From: Histomonas meleagridis 2922-C6/04-290x
Lineage: Eukaryota > Protista > Parabasalia
Length of the DNA: 64,000 bases
Assembly (NCBI GenBank): GCA_020184695.1
Contig: JAANOX010000017.1
Coordinates: 310,001-374,000 of the forward strand
Direction of reading: 5' to 3'
Shown: piece by piece, positions 10,012-22,400 of the stretch
Position numbering within the stretch: the stretch's first letter is position 1
Layout: the number at the start of each line of letters is the position of its first letter
Translations under genes and position numbers: made by a program
The notes under the pieces: model-generated
The model's input: the letters and a program-made list of their open reading frames with translations, nothing else
Databases searched by the model: none
What the model was told of the DNA's origin: nothing

Positions 10012-10533
10012 TTGTAAAATTACTTCTATCGAAAATGATTTAAAATTGAAGTAATATATTTAAGCAAACTAAATTAATAAACGCTTGGAGATTTATATGA
10101 AATATCTTTAAATATCTCTGTATAAAATAATTGAAAATAAGAATCATATGCATCTGATAAATTTATGAGTGTGACGAATGCATCAAAATTAGCTTTTTTT
10201 GTATGATCAAATCAACTTTTTAAAATTATATTCCTAAATTTATAATTGATTTGGCTTCTTTTAATTAAACTGTTTGTTTTTAACAAATATAAAATGAGTT
10301 TGCATAACGAAAAACTGGTTAATTAAAAAAGATTATTTAATTAATTATATAATTGGTAAAGAAATACCTTATATAATAAATTTTCGAAATTTAAGAAGGA
10401 AATTATGATCTAAAGTGTATATGTTTTATTTAAAATATATACAAATATTTAGATCAAATTAATGAAATTTCAAAAATGTTGAAAGTTAAATTAATACATA
10501 TTTATCGATAATATTTACAAGTATAAATTTCTA

Positions 10534-12004
10534 TTACCATGTTACACCTGACAAAAATCCATTTTCGTCTGTAGTAAATCCACCGAACATATTGAACACA
10601 GGGAACAGCGGCTTTTCCTCTATTACATCGTTTATTTCCTTTGACTCAATCACAAAATTTCCTTTTTCATCAAAAACAAATTTCACTTCGTACAAATCGC
10701 CAAATGGTAAATATGCTCTAGCAGCTCTCATTAAATGTTTTTTAACATATTTCCCATCATTGTATATCATTTCGCATTCCATTTGTACCATTGATGCGAA
10801 TGCATTCATCTCAAGTACACATGCGAGTTCTCTATAATGTAATAATTCCTTAGCAAACACTCCGCCATTATCTATTTGTGTTGCCAAAGTTATTGCAACT
10901 TCATCGAATATTTCTTCAAGAAAAACTTTTTTCTCCTTGAAGAACTTGGTGAAAATCATAAATTTAATATTATTAATATTTAACACTTCATAAAGTGTTC
11001 GCGCTATACGATGAGTTACACACATAAAAAGAAGATCATTTTCACCACAAATAAAACCAAATTTAGAAGTAAAATCAAGTGCACATTCCAATAGTTGCTG
11101 GAAACTATTTAAAGCGATTTTTATTTCATCGCCAATACGCAACGATTGCGAAATGTTTTCAATATTAGATATTAATGCAAGAATAATATGAAAATCGATA
11201 TAATTAATCGGAGGCTCAGAAAGAGAATAAGAAAATGAGAAACCTGAAGGTATAGGTACTTCAGTATATGACTCATTAGTGATTTGAAGAGCAGATAAAT
11301 ATTTGCAGCGTGAATCAATTAACTTTTGGCGCATTGGTGAAGCGTTTTTAAGTTGCATTTTGTGCTCGTTGAAATGCATTTTAATTGATTTAGAGATTGC
11401 TGCATTGGATTTAACGTCAATTTCTGAGATTTCATCAAATTTGAGATTGAGAAGATCTTGGTTGAAGATTGGATTGCCATATCGTGTATCAACACCTTCA
11501 TCATCAGAAGCTTTCATGACAGCACAAGCACGCCCGAACATGAGGATTTTATGCGTGTGATTGAATATAAAATGAGAGGGAATGAAATTTTCAAGTGGAG
11601 TTGGTTCTGTTAATAAACGATATGAACTTTGAAATTTAGCTTTAGCAATAGTTTGCTTCTTGTTTTTTCTGATGTCTATTTCCTTGGTAGTGTTTCTTTT
11701 TCTTGATGATTTTGGATTGATTTTAGAATTATGAACATAATTATTTGGCTGAACGATATCAGGGAGAAAAAAGAGTTTAAAATAATCTTCTGATTGCTTA
11801 GTTGTTGAATTTTTTCTTACATTTCTGCAAGTTTTTAATGATTTTGATATAAGATTATTATTAGCGACAACTAATGAACCGAAAAAAGCTGAAGATTGCT
11901 TTACCTCGAGTGTTGAAAAAAGATCTTGAGACAAATTCGAAATATTTTGTAGTTCGCTCGGAAGAAAGGAAGAACTGTTTTTCGTGGGGAGTTTCTGATG
12001 CCAT
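10534..12004 (-). CDS. Hypothetical protein; the probable ATG at 12004 is joined to the 466-aa ORF only by a 1-nt shift
   Basis: The long ORF 10534-11934 starts at TTG. ATG 12004 (MASETPHEK...SRSF) is one frame off and would join it at the T6 run near 11916-11921. No recognisable domain. Confidence 0.6.
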
Positions 12005-12098
12005 TGAATATTTCATAACTTTATATTATCCGTAAACGATTTTCTCTCTTAAAAGATCAACTTTTTGAATGCAAAAGGTGTATGTTATAAATGAACGT

Positions 12099-12977
12099 TT
12101 ATTGTTTTTCTTCTGCTTTTTGTTGCTCACCAAGTGGTGGGTGTCTATTATTTACCAAGTCATGAAGTGCTACAACTGACCTACAAAGTTGTGATATGAA
12201 AACCATGAAAGCTGAATCATCTGATTTAGCATTCAATGAATCTGCTGTGTCCTTCAACTCTAAGTTTGGAAGTAAGTTGAAGATTGACTGTGTTATTCCG
12301 ATGATTTCATTATCTGGATGAAGTTTTCCCTCTATAACATCTTTCAAATAATCTGATATACCTTGAAGTCGATTTTCTAGTGCTGCAAGACCATGTACAC
12401 TGTTTGTAAGAGTGGTTCCGATCTCAGACATATCAACATCTTTGATATCTCTTAACAAATGTTCAACTCCGATTTCTTCAACTTCAAGAAAATCAACAAT
12501 TGTTGGAACATTTTGGAATGAAGAAACAATAGGTTGGCCATCTGGACGAACGCGCTCTGCTCCAACAAAAGCTGTGACAGGAATTTCATGAGGATCTGAG
12601 GCATTAACATCTGTCGTTATAAAAACAGGATTTGGTGTGTATCTTTTGATAATTTGGTGAATGTCTAAATCATTTGGAGAAACTGTTGACTTGGATGAAT
12701 ACCAACCAACAATTTTTTCTTTTAATGTGACTTTGCGATGTAAGGCATACATTTCATCAATAAAGTTTGTGTCAACAAATAAAATTGATGGATCAGCTGA
12801 ATCTTCTTCAAATGGAACAGCGAAACATTGGAGAACATTTATTTGTCCTTTGAATTCATCACCAAGAAGAATTCCTATAACTCTTTTATTGGCATCATTT
12901 TTAACAACACGATTATGATGATCAGCAATTGAAAGAAGCACAATAGGATGTACTGCAACTCGCTCTATTGTAGACAT
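12099..12977 (-). CDS. RPN8: 26S proteasome regulatory subunit RPN8/PSMD7 (MPN domain)
   Basis: VAVHPIVLLSIADH, KRVIGILLG, FAVPFEED, EKIVGWY, EVEEIGVEHLLRDIKD, IFNLLPNL. Confidence 0.95.
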   Translation of the reverse strand: MSTIERVAVHPIVLLSIADHHNRVVKNDANKRVIGILLGDEFKGQINVLQCFAVPFEEDSADPSILFVDTNFIDEMYALHRKVTLKEKIVGWYSSKSTVSPNDLDIHQIIKRYTPNPVFITTDVNASDPHEIPVTAFVGAERVRPDGQPIVSSFQNVPTIVDFLEVEEIGVEHLLRDIKDVDMSEIGTTLTNSVHGLAALENRLQGISDYLKDVIEGKLHPDNEIIGITQSIFNLLPNLELKDTADSLNAKSDDSAFMVFISQLCRSVVALHDLVNNRHPPLGEQQKAEEKQ

Positions 12978-14038
12978 TTTGACCAACTATAAAAAGGGTA
13001 AATTTACTGTTTAAATGAGGAACGTTTAAATCCAACCAATTTGTTTTGGAATTAATAATCGGGGTGATCTGACCTACAAACAATATTGCGAATACTCATA
13101 GAAAATTTTCAATCAAAATTGAAATACTTAAAGGGTGCCCTTGAGATAGAGTGACCGTTTATTGACTTTTTGAATAAAAGGTGCACCTTAGATAAATATA
13201 GGAATCGTTAAAAGTAAAGCAAAGCCATTAAACATAGATTTTTTGATTAAAACATCATTTAAATTTTATAAATTCATTTCTGGCAAATTCGGATTTGAAT
13301 CACAATTTTGAAGAAGAATTACAAAAATAACTTTTTGATGAATTTGTAAACCATTAAAAGTTACAGTTCACAAAGAAAAAAAGCAAAAATTTTTGAGAAT
13401 GGTTCAGTTGATGAGCTCCAAGAAGAACCCAATTTGGAGTTGGGTGCTTTACGTGTATGAGATGGCTTTTATTATAAATTTGGATTTCTTATGGATTACC
13501 AAATATCTTAGCTTCAATTATCTCATTAAAAGTTGACCTTATTGACACTTTTTTGCCCACGAAAAACCATTCAAAAAAAATAATCTTGTTTTAAGAAAAT
13601 AGTTTTCTTAAAGGAAATAATGGAAAAGAAATGTAAGCATGAAGAAAATATTTTCTTTGTTCAAAAATATATGAATTTATATATGTTATATATCTGAAGA
13701 TTCATCAAAAAAATAATTTTTTTGTAAAATCGAAAAATTAAAGATCTAAACAAAAATATTTGTCAATAGAATATATTTTTTATGTTCTTCAATATAAAAT
13801 TCAAATAAAATATTTGATAACTTTGAGCATTGATATCTATCTATTTTTGGAAAAATTTACACGCAACCAATACCAAGAAAAACCAGGCCATTTCAAAATA
13901 TTAAATATTTTATCCATATCAAATATAATAGTCAGGATATATTTCAACCCATAAATTAATGTTACTATTGAACCAATGGCTAATTCAAAAAAAATGATAT
14001 GACCATTTACACTCACAAAATGTTTTTACAAACCAAAA

Positions 14039-14707
14039 ATGGACAAAACAAAAGATTCTCTTTGTAACTTTTTTGAGAAAACAGGAAGTTGTGAAAAGGG
14101 GGATCTTTGCAATAAAACTCACAGAAACTCGGTGATTTCAAGGTGCTTGCTTTTTCATAATATATTCCCTGATCCTGATTTATTCATTAGTTCATTACCA
14201 GAAAACACATTACAAATCTCAGACGAAACAAAACAAAGTTTAATTGATGCTTTTTATTTAGATATGGTTCTCATGCTCCGACAATTTGGTACTCTTGAAG
14301 ATATGGTTATATGCGGAAATAAAATGGACCATCTTTCTGGAAACCTTCTTGCAATGTTTCGCGAGATGGATGCAGCAACAGCTGCCTTTATTGCTCTTAA
14401 TGATCAATTTTATGCTGGTCGCAGAATTTCTATTTCTTTTGCGCCAGTTCTCCGATTATCTTGTTCTATTTGTCGTGGGTTTGAGGATGGTACATGTGCT
14501 CTTGGTAATAGTTGTGGTTTTGTTCATCCATTATATCCTTCTCAATATATTTCAAGTTTATGTTTCCCACGTGGGATCCGCGCTTTTGCAGAGCCATTTC
14601 GGAAATCACATCGAACCAGAATTACTGATACTCCAGCTGATGTCCTTTATGGGAGAACAAAGAGAAAATTCGAAGAATATAAGAAGGAAATGGACAACGA
14701 AAATTAA
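14039..14707 (+). CDS. U2AF1: U2AF small subunit (U2AF35)-like: CCCH - UHM - CCCH
   Basis: CNFFEKTGSCEKGDLCNKTH, FYLDMVLMLRQFGTLEDMVICGNKMDHLSGN, CRGFEDGTCALGNSCGFVH. Confidence 0.85.
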   Translation: MDKTKDSLCNFFEKTGSCEKGDLCNKTHRNSVISRCLLFHNIFPDPDLFISSLPENTLQISDETKQSLIDAFYLDMVLMLRQFGTLEDMVICGNKMDHLSGNLLAMFREMDAATAAFIALNDQFYAGRRISISFAPVLRLSCSICRGFEDGTCALGNSCGFVHPLYPSQYISSLCFPRGIRAFAEPFRKSHRTRITDTPADVLYGRTKRKFEEYKKEMDNEN

Positions 14708-14789
14708 CCAAATGTATATAAAACAATATTTTCCTCTATTTTAATCTTTAGGATAGAACAATTTTTATGAATCAATTTGATTCAAATCT

Positions 14790-15005
14790 TTATTCTGTCT
14801 GAAGTTTTTCTAGGTACATTTCAAGCTCGGCATCGCTTAAATTGACATCACCATCTGATTGGTCAAGAATATCGTTGATCTCATCCATATTTGGAACACC
14901 AAGATCATCTGCATGAAACTCGTCAGATCTAGGTTTGTTGTTCTTAGGGTTTTCGCTTAGTTTTTCATATCCGCTAGGCTTACAGCATGACAAAAGGCAT
15001 CCCAT
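14790..15005 (-). CDS. Small acidic protein (71 aa), predicted N-myristoylated/palmitoylated
   Basis: ATG at 15005 gives MGCLLSCCK followed by an acidic tail. Confidence 0.6.
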   Translation of the reverse strand: MGCLLSCCKPSGYEKLSENPKNNKPRSDEFHADDLGVPNMDEINDILDQSDGDVNLSDAELEMYLEKLQTE

Positions 15006-15199
15006 ACGTTCTGGGTATTTTTTCCGCTGTTGCTTGTCCAAACGAACATAGTCAAAAAATGGTAACAAATACTTGGTTAATTTTTGTGATTTAATTTTTA
15101 ATTGAGGAAAATATATTTCCAAGAGATTTTAAATATAAATTTTTCTTATAAAATTATTTACACAATGATGCTATAATGATTTTTAATCAAATTGTTGAT

Positions 15200-16300
15200 T
15201 CACTCAAAAAAAATTTAAAATTAATTACTTATCATATATAATCAGTTATTTTAAAAGATTTTACAAGTGGGGGAAATATCAACAAATACAATATTCTCCT
15301 AAATAATTAATGTTATGTTTAAAGTTTTGAATATTTTAAAAACTATCTGATTTTTCATAAATATATTTAAATGTATTCTATGATATTGAATTGTTGTTTC
15401 ATAAGCACCATAAAACGATGAATTATTTTGTTCACAAAAATGAATATATTTCCACCAGCAATAACATATTAACATGTATTGTTAACATTCTCATTATTCA
15501 CATATAAATATTTAAAACATTTTATTGATGCAAAAAATGCTGCATAATCAATTAAATCGTTTCTTTGATTAACAAATGAATATCTTTCATAAAGCGATGG
15601 CCCAAGTGTTTGATAAAATCAAAATTTTTTTGTGTTGTTATTTCTTGAAGTTTTTCGATTTCATCATATCGAATTATTTATGCAATTTCATTTGGATTAT
15701 GTCCTTCTATAATTAATCGCTCTTGAAGTTCAAATTTTTTCTCTAATGATTTATCAAAATTGTAAAGTGGTTGCAGAAGGTTTCCCAAACACTTCAGTTT
15801 TTGAATATAAATCCGATGATTTTTCATTCATTCGATTCTATCGTTGGAAAACCTTTCTGCAACCACTTTATGGATATGGTTTGTATAAATTGTCAGTTAG
15901 ATGACATTTTATTTTTACAATATCCATATGTATAGTTAACGTATATATCCATAATTTTTGGGTTGCATTGATTTCTTTCTTTTTTTTTTTGTTTGATTTA
16001 ATCGTAAATAAATTTAAAAAAAAAACTTCATATGAATCACTTTTGACGATGATGGCGAAAATTGCATCATACACCAATTATCTTACTGCAAAATAAATAT
16101 AAATGAAAATGGTATTTGGTATCAAGTATGATCATAGTTTGTTGATCTGATGATTCAAGATTTCCTTCGTTTAAATTAAATGATTTGTGAGAGTAAAATT
16201 CAAATCTTCATAACTTCTAATTAATAATTTGTATCAATATCATCAGCATTATGTTTGCTAACCATTTTTTGTATTAAATATTATATTTTTTATACAATGG
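15200..16300 (-). pseudogene. Decayed DUF3447-like (ankyrin-family N-terminus) gene with no ankyrin repeats retained
   Basis: Fragments LNEGNLESS, GHNPNEIA*IIRYDEIEKLQEI, PSLYERYSFVNQ, LIDYAAFFASIKCFKYL, YVIAGGN, CEQNNSSFYGAYE match locus A but carry stops and frameshifts. Ends approximate. Confidence 0.75.
15763..15869. repeat. Imperfect ~27-bp inverted repeat
   Basis: taaagtggttgcagaaggtttcccaaac (15763-15790) versus gttggaaacctttctgcaaccacttta (15843-15869). Confidence 0.75.
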
Positions 16301-16471
16301 CATTCACTCAAATGTTTCAAAAAGTTATTCAATAAACTTTTTTTGACAAGTTTATTTAAGATGTAAAAAATCCGATACATTCAATTCCTTTCAAATTATT
16401 TCTATTATGACTAAAAACCGTTATTTAAAAAAATTTAGAAATTTCAACGCAAATTTTTTTTATTATTAAAA

Positions 16472-19400
16472 TTAATCGATTGATTTTCTATATATTTTTC
16501 CATCTTTCGCAATTACAATTAATATATTTTCTTCCTTTACATATTTACAGTATTCGATTACTTCATTACATTTAATGAATTCATCATCGAATTTCATTTC
16601 GTATACATCAGTTACGTACACATTTCCATTTTCGGTCACCACAGCCATATAATCGAAACCATTTTCTTTACTCCAGCAATCGATCATTATAATATTTTCA
16701 TTTAATTTAACATTTTTAAGCAACAAACCATTAATGTTATACAATACCAAATTATTCTCAAACGAAATAACAATAAAACCCCAATTCGAAGTTATACGTA
16801 AAATATTCGGAACATTTTTATCCAAATTTATAATAAACATTGAAGAATTATGTTCAAGAGAATGAATATAAACAGTACAATCAATGAAACCAATAGCGAA
16901 CACATGAAAAGTTTCATTTAAACATAAACATTTCGGCTCATTATTTAATTGAATAATTTTATTTTTTGAAGTGATTTTATTTTCGATGATTAAACCTTTT
17001 TCTTTATCATATTCGATTTTATAATTTAAACTTTCATCGAATAATAACAAATTTTCATTTAATGATTTTATCTCATTACAAAATGTATTAAATATTTTAT
17101 TATCAATTCTAAAACTATTATTTTTATATTTAATAATTTCATCCTCATTTTTAATATTAATCTTTAATGTTAATGTTTGTGGATTATCTATTTCATGAAT
17201 ATTAAATAACACAAAAAATGGTAAAATTAAAATAAAATCATTTTCATATATTAAAAACTTAAATGGAGAAGAAATTTGTGATATTTGATATATTTGTTGA
17301 GCCTTAACAAGAATATTCTTTTTAGGATGTGGTTGATCAAATAATGGCAAATAATCAACATAATTAATTCCATGATTTACTCCCCAAATATTATCAATCC
17401 AAACATTTAATTGTGATGAAATATATTCACTTTCGAGTCCTTTTCGATGTAAATATATAAAATCAAATGTCGAATTTGACCATTTCGGAAGTTTTATGTT
17501 TTGATTTAATGAACAATTTGTTGATATTAAAAATTCCGGCATATAAAAGAACTCTGGAATGAGTTCTGTGTTTAAATGATCTTCTTTAAATGATTTAATG
17601 ATTGATTGGAATTTTTGTTCATAATTTAAACTTGAAAATGGTTCAATATAATTCAAGTAATATAACGGCGGATTTTGTTTATTAGAATTTTGATTCGGTT
17701 CAAATGTTCGATAAATGTTTTTATCGTTTAAATTTAATGTTTTGCTTTTATACGTCTTAAAGATCCATGGCATTATTGGATATTGTTTTTCGACGTTAAA
17801 ACTTAATCCACTTAACATATTTAATGTCATTAAATATTCGAAATTTGATATTTCATTATTAATCCATTGTTTAGTTATGTTATTTGGGAATTGTTCAAAT
17901 TCTTTATATATAAATTGATTAATATCGAATTTACTTATGATAGAATTAAATATATAATCGCGTATTTTTGTACTTGGGAATACGAAGAAATAAGTTTTCC
18001 CATCATATAAAAATATTTCGAATCCAATTTGTTTCATTTGATACGTTTTTTGGATTATTTTCGAAATCAATGAAATTTTTATCGATTTATGTCTCTTTAA
18101 ATCAGTATAAAATATTATTTTGTTTTTATATATCGAAAGTTTTATTAAAATTTTCGATGAAATTCGGACTTTATAACATGTAATAAAGTTTAATGGTTTC
18201 GATAATATTTCTTCTGATATTTCTTCTTCTTCTTGATTATTAAATTCATTATTATCTCCATATATAATTTCTTTAGCTAATTCGGTGTATTTTTGTTCAT
18301 TAAATTTCCATGATTTTATTAACTTAAATGGACAATATGAAAAACAAATTACGTTATCACGAATTAATTTCGTTTCTTTTTGTCCTGCTGATTCATATGG
18401 TTGACCTAATAATGTAACTGAATTCCATAACTTTAACCAATTTTTATTAATATTATTATGTAAATATGAAGAAATAAATTGATTTAATATTTTATTAAAT
18501 TCATATTTATTAACTTCAGTATAAGTTTTACTTTCATTTTTATTGATTATAGTTAATATTTGTAATGTCTTTAAGTCCCATTTCTTAGATATCATATGTT
18601 TAATATAATAATTAAAAAATGGAAAATAATTTTTTTGTTTATCTTTGATAAAAATGGAATTTAATATGTCTAAATATGAAAAGTTTTCGAAAATTGGATC
18701 ATTTTGAAATTCATTTAGATTTAATTCTTTAAATTTTGATACAAAATAATATAAAAACACAAAAGTATTTAAATATTTTGTTGTTTTAATTTGTAAAAAT
18801 ATATTTAAATAATTTTCCGCTAATTTAATATCAATCCATTTACCATTTTTATTAAGTTTAAATCCAAATTTTGTTTGATTCTCTTTAATTATATAATTTT
18901 TAAATGGATATAATATCGATGAAATATTTAAAGGAGATAAATTTAATATATTAAAATTCGAATTTTCATTTATATTATCATCCAATTTAAAAGGTGAATT
19001 TTGGAATAGATTTAATAATGAATTATTATGTAAATAATTATTTGTTTGAATAAATAAATAATGACATAATATAAATGAAAGGTTATGAAATATATTATTA
19101 TTTAATTCGATTTCATTTTTTAATATTAATTTTTCGATTCTTTTAATGAAATTATGAATTTGTTTATCTATTAAATAATTATAAACATTTGATATTAATA
19201 TAAATGTCGAATATATATATATCCATTGATTATAATCACATTTAAGTATAAATTTATAAATAACTTTTTGTTCTTTTTTATCTTTAACTAATATTAATAA
19301 AATTGGCCATAAACACCAATCTTCATTTTTAGTAAAAGTATCAATAAATTTAATGTTATTTAATTGATTTATATTAATTTCATTATTTTGTAATAATATA

Positions 19401-22400
19401 TAAAACATATAAGGAAATAATTCGGGAATTTCATTAACTTTATTTATAACAATTTGAAATAATTCATTTGTTAACTTTTTAATTTTAATTTCATGGAATA
19501 AAATCGAAATATATTCAACAAAATTATTTTTCTCAATTATATTATATAAACATAAAATAGTTTCAAGTAATTCTTTTGGTAAAATCTTCGAAACATTTTT
19601 AATAACTGAATAAAACAAATTTATAATTTCATTTGATAACATAAAAACAGAAATAATTTTTTCATAACTTAAATAAATTTCTTGAATTAGTTTTAATATT
19701 TCGGATATAATTGTTATATCATTATTAATATCATTACAATATAATAATAACAATTTAAAATCAGATTCATTTAAAGGATTTAATAATAACATTTGATATA
19801 ATATTATACGACATTGTTTAAGATTTTCATTATTTATTAATTCATTTGATTTATTTGAATAAAATATTATAATGTTTTTAAAGATAAATGAAAATGGAAA
19901 AAATTTTAATGTATAATCCGGAAAATTAGGTAATAATAATCGATAAAGATGTTTTAATATTAAAAGTTGCTCATTTAAATCAGATAAAACCCAAATCTTT
20001 AAGTTTATCATAATTAATTCGAATAATTTTTCTTGAAGAGTTTCTAAATTAATAATTTGAAATAATTTAAAAAATCGTTGATATAATTTATAAGTAATTT
20101 TTAAAGGATTCGAACAAGTTAAAAGAAATGAAATTATTTCTGGTCCTTTCATTTCAATGAATTTTTCTTCGATATTTATACCATTTAATAATATATTTAT
20201 TAAAACATCCAAAATGTTTTCTAAGAAATAATCCAAATTTTTACCATTTGGATAAGTTAAATAAGTCATTGAGAACAAAGGAAATATTAAATTAAAGTTA
20301 GAATCAAATAATGAATAAAATGTTTCATTCTTTTTGATAATAGGTTTATCTTGATAATGTATATAAAATGGTTTAATTTCAACAGAAACAAAATGATTTG
20401 GATTATTAGTAAAGATACCAAGAATTTGATCATTATTTAATAATGGAAATATACCAAAACTTCCAATTTGATGTGGAAAGTTTTCATTATTAATGGAATT
20501 ATTCATTAATCCTCCGAAATAAAAAGTACAATTTGTATTTGTTAATTCAGGTAAAACTGTTTTAACTTGAAATATTTGATCATTAAATAAAACATTTAAT
20601 TTTGCGATGCTCTCAGTAAAACTATAACTAATCGAAACTTTTAACCATTTTCGATATGGTAATTTCGTTTCTATTAATGAAGGAATTGAATAATCTGATC
20701 CTATTTCAAGGAAATATAAATTATTTGCTTTAATTGATAATGTTATAGACCATTCATCTTCGAAATCATAAGCAGTAAATAAAATTGGATTATAATTTAA
20801 ATCAGTTCTTTCTAAGAATAACCAAAAAACTACAGTAAAACCATTTGATATATTAATGATTTCAGGTACTTTAATATATTCATCTTTAATTAAAGGGATT
20901 GGATATATTGGATTTAATTGTCCAAATTGTGTAACTTTTAATAAGAAATTTAAAGCCGTGAAAAAATGTGGTGAAAAATATTGTCCATTTATCGGAGAAA
21001 GTAATGAAATAAATTTTTCTACTATTTTATATGATGATGAAATATTTGAAATCGTTAATAATAAATCAAAAGTTTTCTCAAAATAATTATCATTAATTGA
21101 TTCATCATTCCATTTACTATTAATTACTTCTAAGATTAACTTATCTAAATTACATTGATGACAAATGATCGAATTATAATTCGAAAAATGACAAAGTTCA
21201 TTTAAGAAATTAATGACTTCTATTGATCGATTACTATCATGAAATAAATGATAAAATATTAATACTCCATTACCTCTTCTAATTAAAAATGATGGGAATA
21301 TTGCTGATAATGTTTCTCCTGCTATAAATTGGACAAGTAATTTGAAAATTTCATCAGATGAATCATTTTGATATACTTTTAAGATCGCTAATGAAAATGA
21401 TTTAATTTTTGTTTCTTGAAGTTCTTCAATATATTCATTAAAGAATTGTAATCCAGTTAATAAAAATGTTTTGGAATCAATCGATTGATCTAATTTATCA
21501 AATGATTGTTCAATTGGTTCATAAATAGGTATAAATATTTTCTTGTTTTCAATCTTTAATGATAATATTGTTTGAAGTAATTGATTTGCTAAATTTATAT
21601 ATTTTTCTTCTGGAAAATGCATAAGTAATGTTTTAAGGAGAATACTGATCGCATTTGGTAAACTTGAATTTAATGTATTTGTTAATGTTAAATAAGATCG
21701 AATTTGTCTAAAAATTATATCTTTAATTGTTACTTCATAAATTTGATTTAAATATGAATTAATAAATGTTTGATCACTAAATAATATTTGTTGAATTTTT
21801 TCATTTTGATAAATTGTTGAAAGAAAATAAAATAATTTCAAACTAAGTTTTTCTGCTTGTAAATATCCTTTATAACGATAATTTTGATATAATATTAATG
21901 AGTCAGATAAAAAATGTATAAATATATTTGATTCTATAATGAATGCTTCCATTATATGAATGTTATATATAAATTTATGAATAATCTCTTCAAATATATA
22001 TGGATCTTTATAATATTTATATAAAAATTTCTTCGTAAATGTATCACCGCCATCTAAAAGTAATGTATTAAATAATTTGCTTCGAATTACATTTAATGGT
22101 ATATATGCTTTATCATTATTATTTAAACATATATGTCTCGAATCAAATATTTGTGAAAATGGTAATAAATCACAAAATATTACATATTGACTAATTAATG
22201 TCTTAATTAATGATTTGATAATAATAAAAAATACAGAATATAATGTCAATAAATAATTTTTCTTGAATTCATTAGGTAACTTATATAAAAAATCAGAATA
22301 TTCTTTAACTGCTAATAATGAATATTCTTTATCTTTACTTAATATACTAAAGAAATCTGTGATACTTTCTATGATTTTCGGTTCAATAAAACTTTCAACA

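Noticed and set aside
13100-13560. Possible decayed gene on the - strand (MVFRGQKVSIRSTFNEII...)
   Set aside because: Multiple stops and no recognisable motif; cannot be supported.
5071-14707. Functional cluster of splicing genes (CWC25, U2AF35) around ankyrin locus A
   Set aside because: Eukaryotic gene neighbours are rarely co-functional, and these sit among unrelated housekeeping genes.
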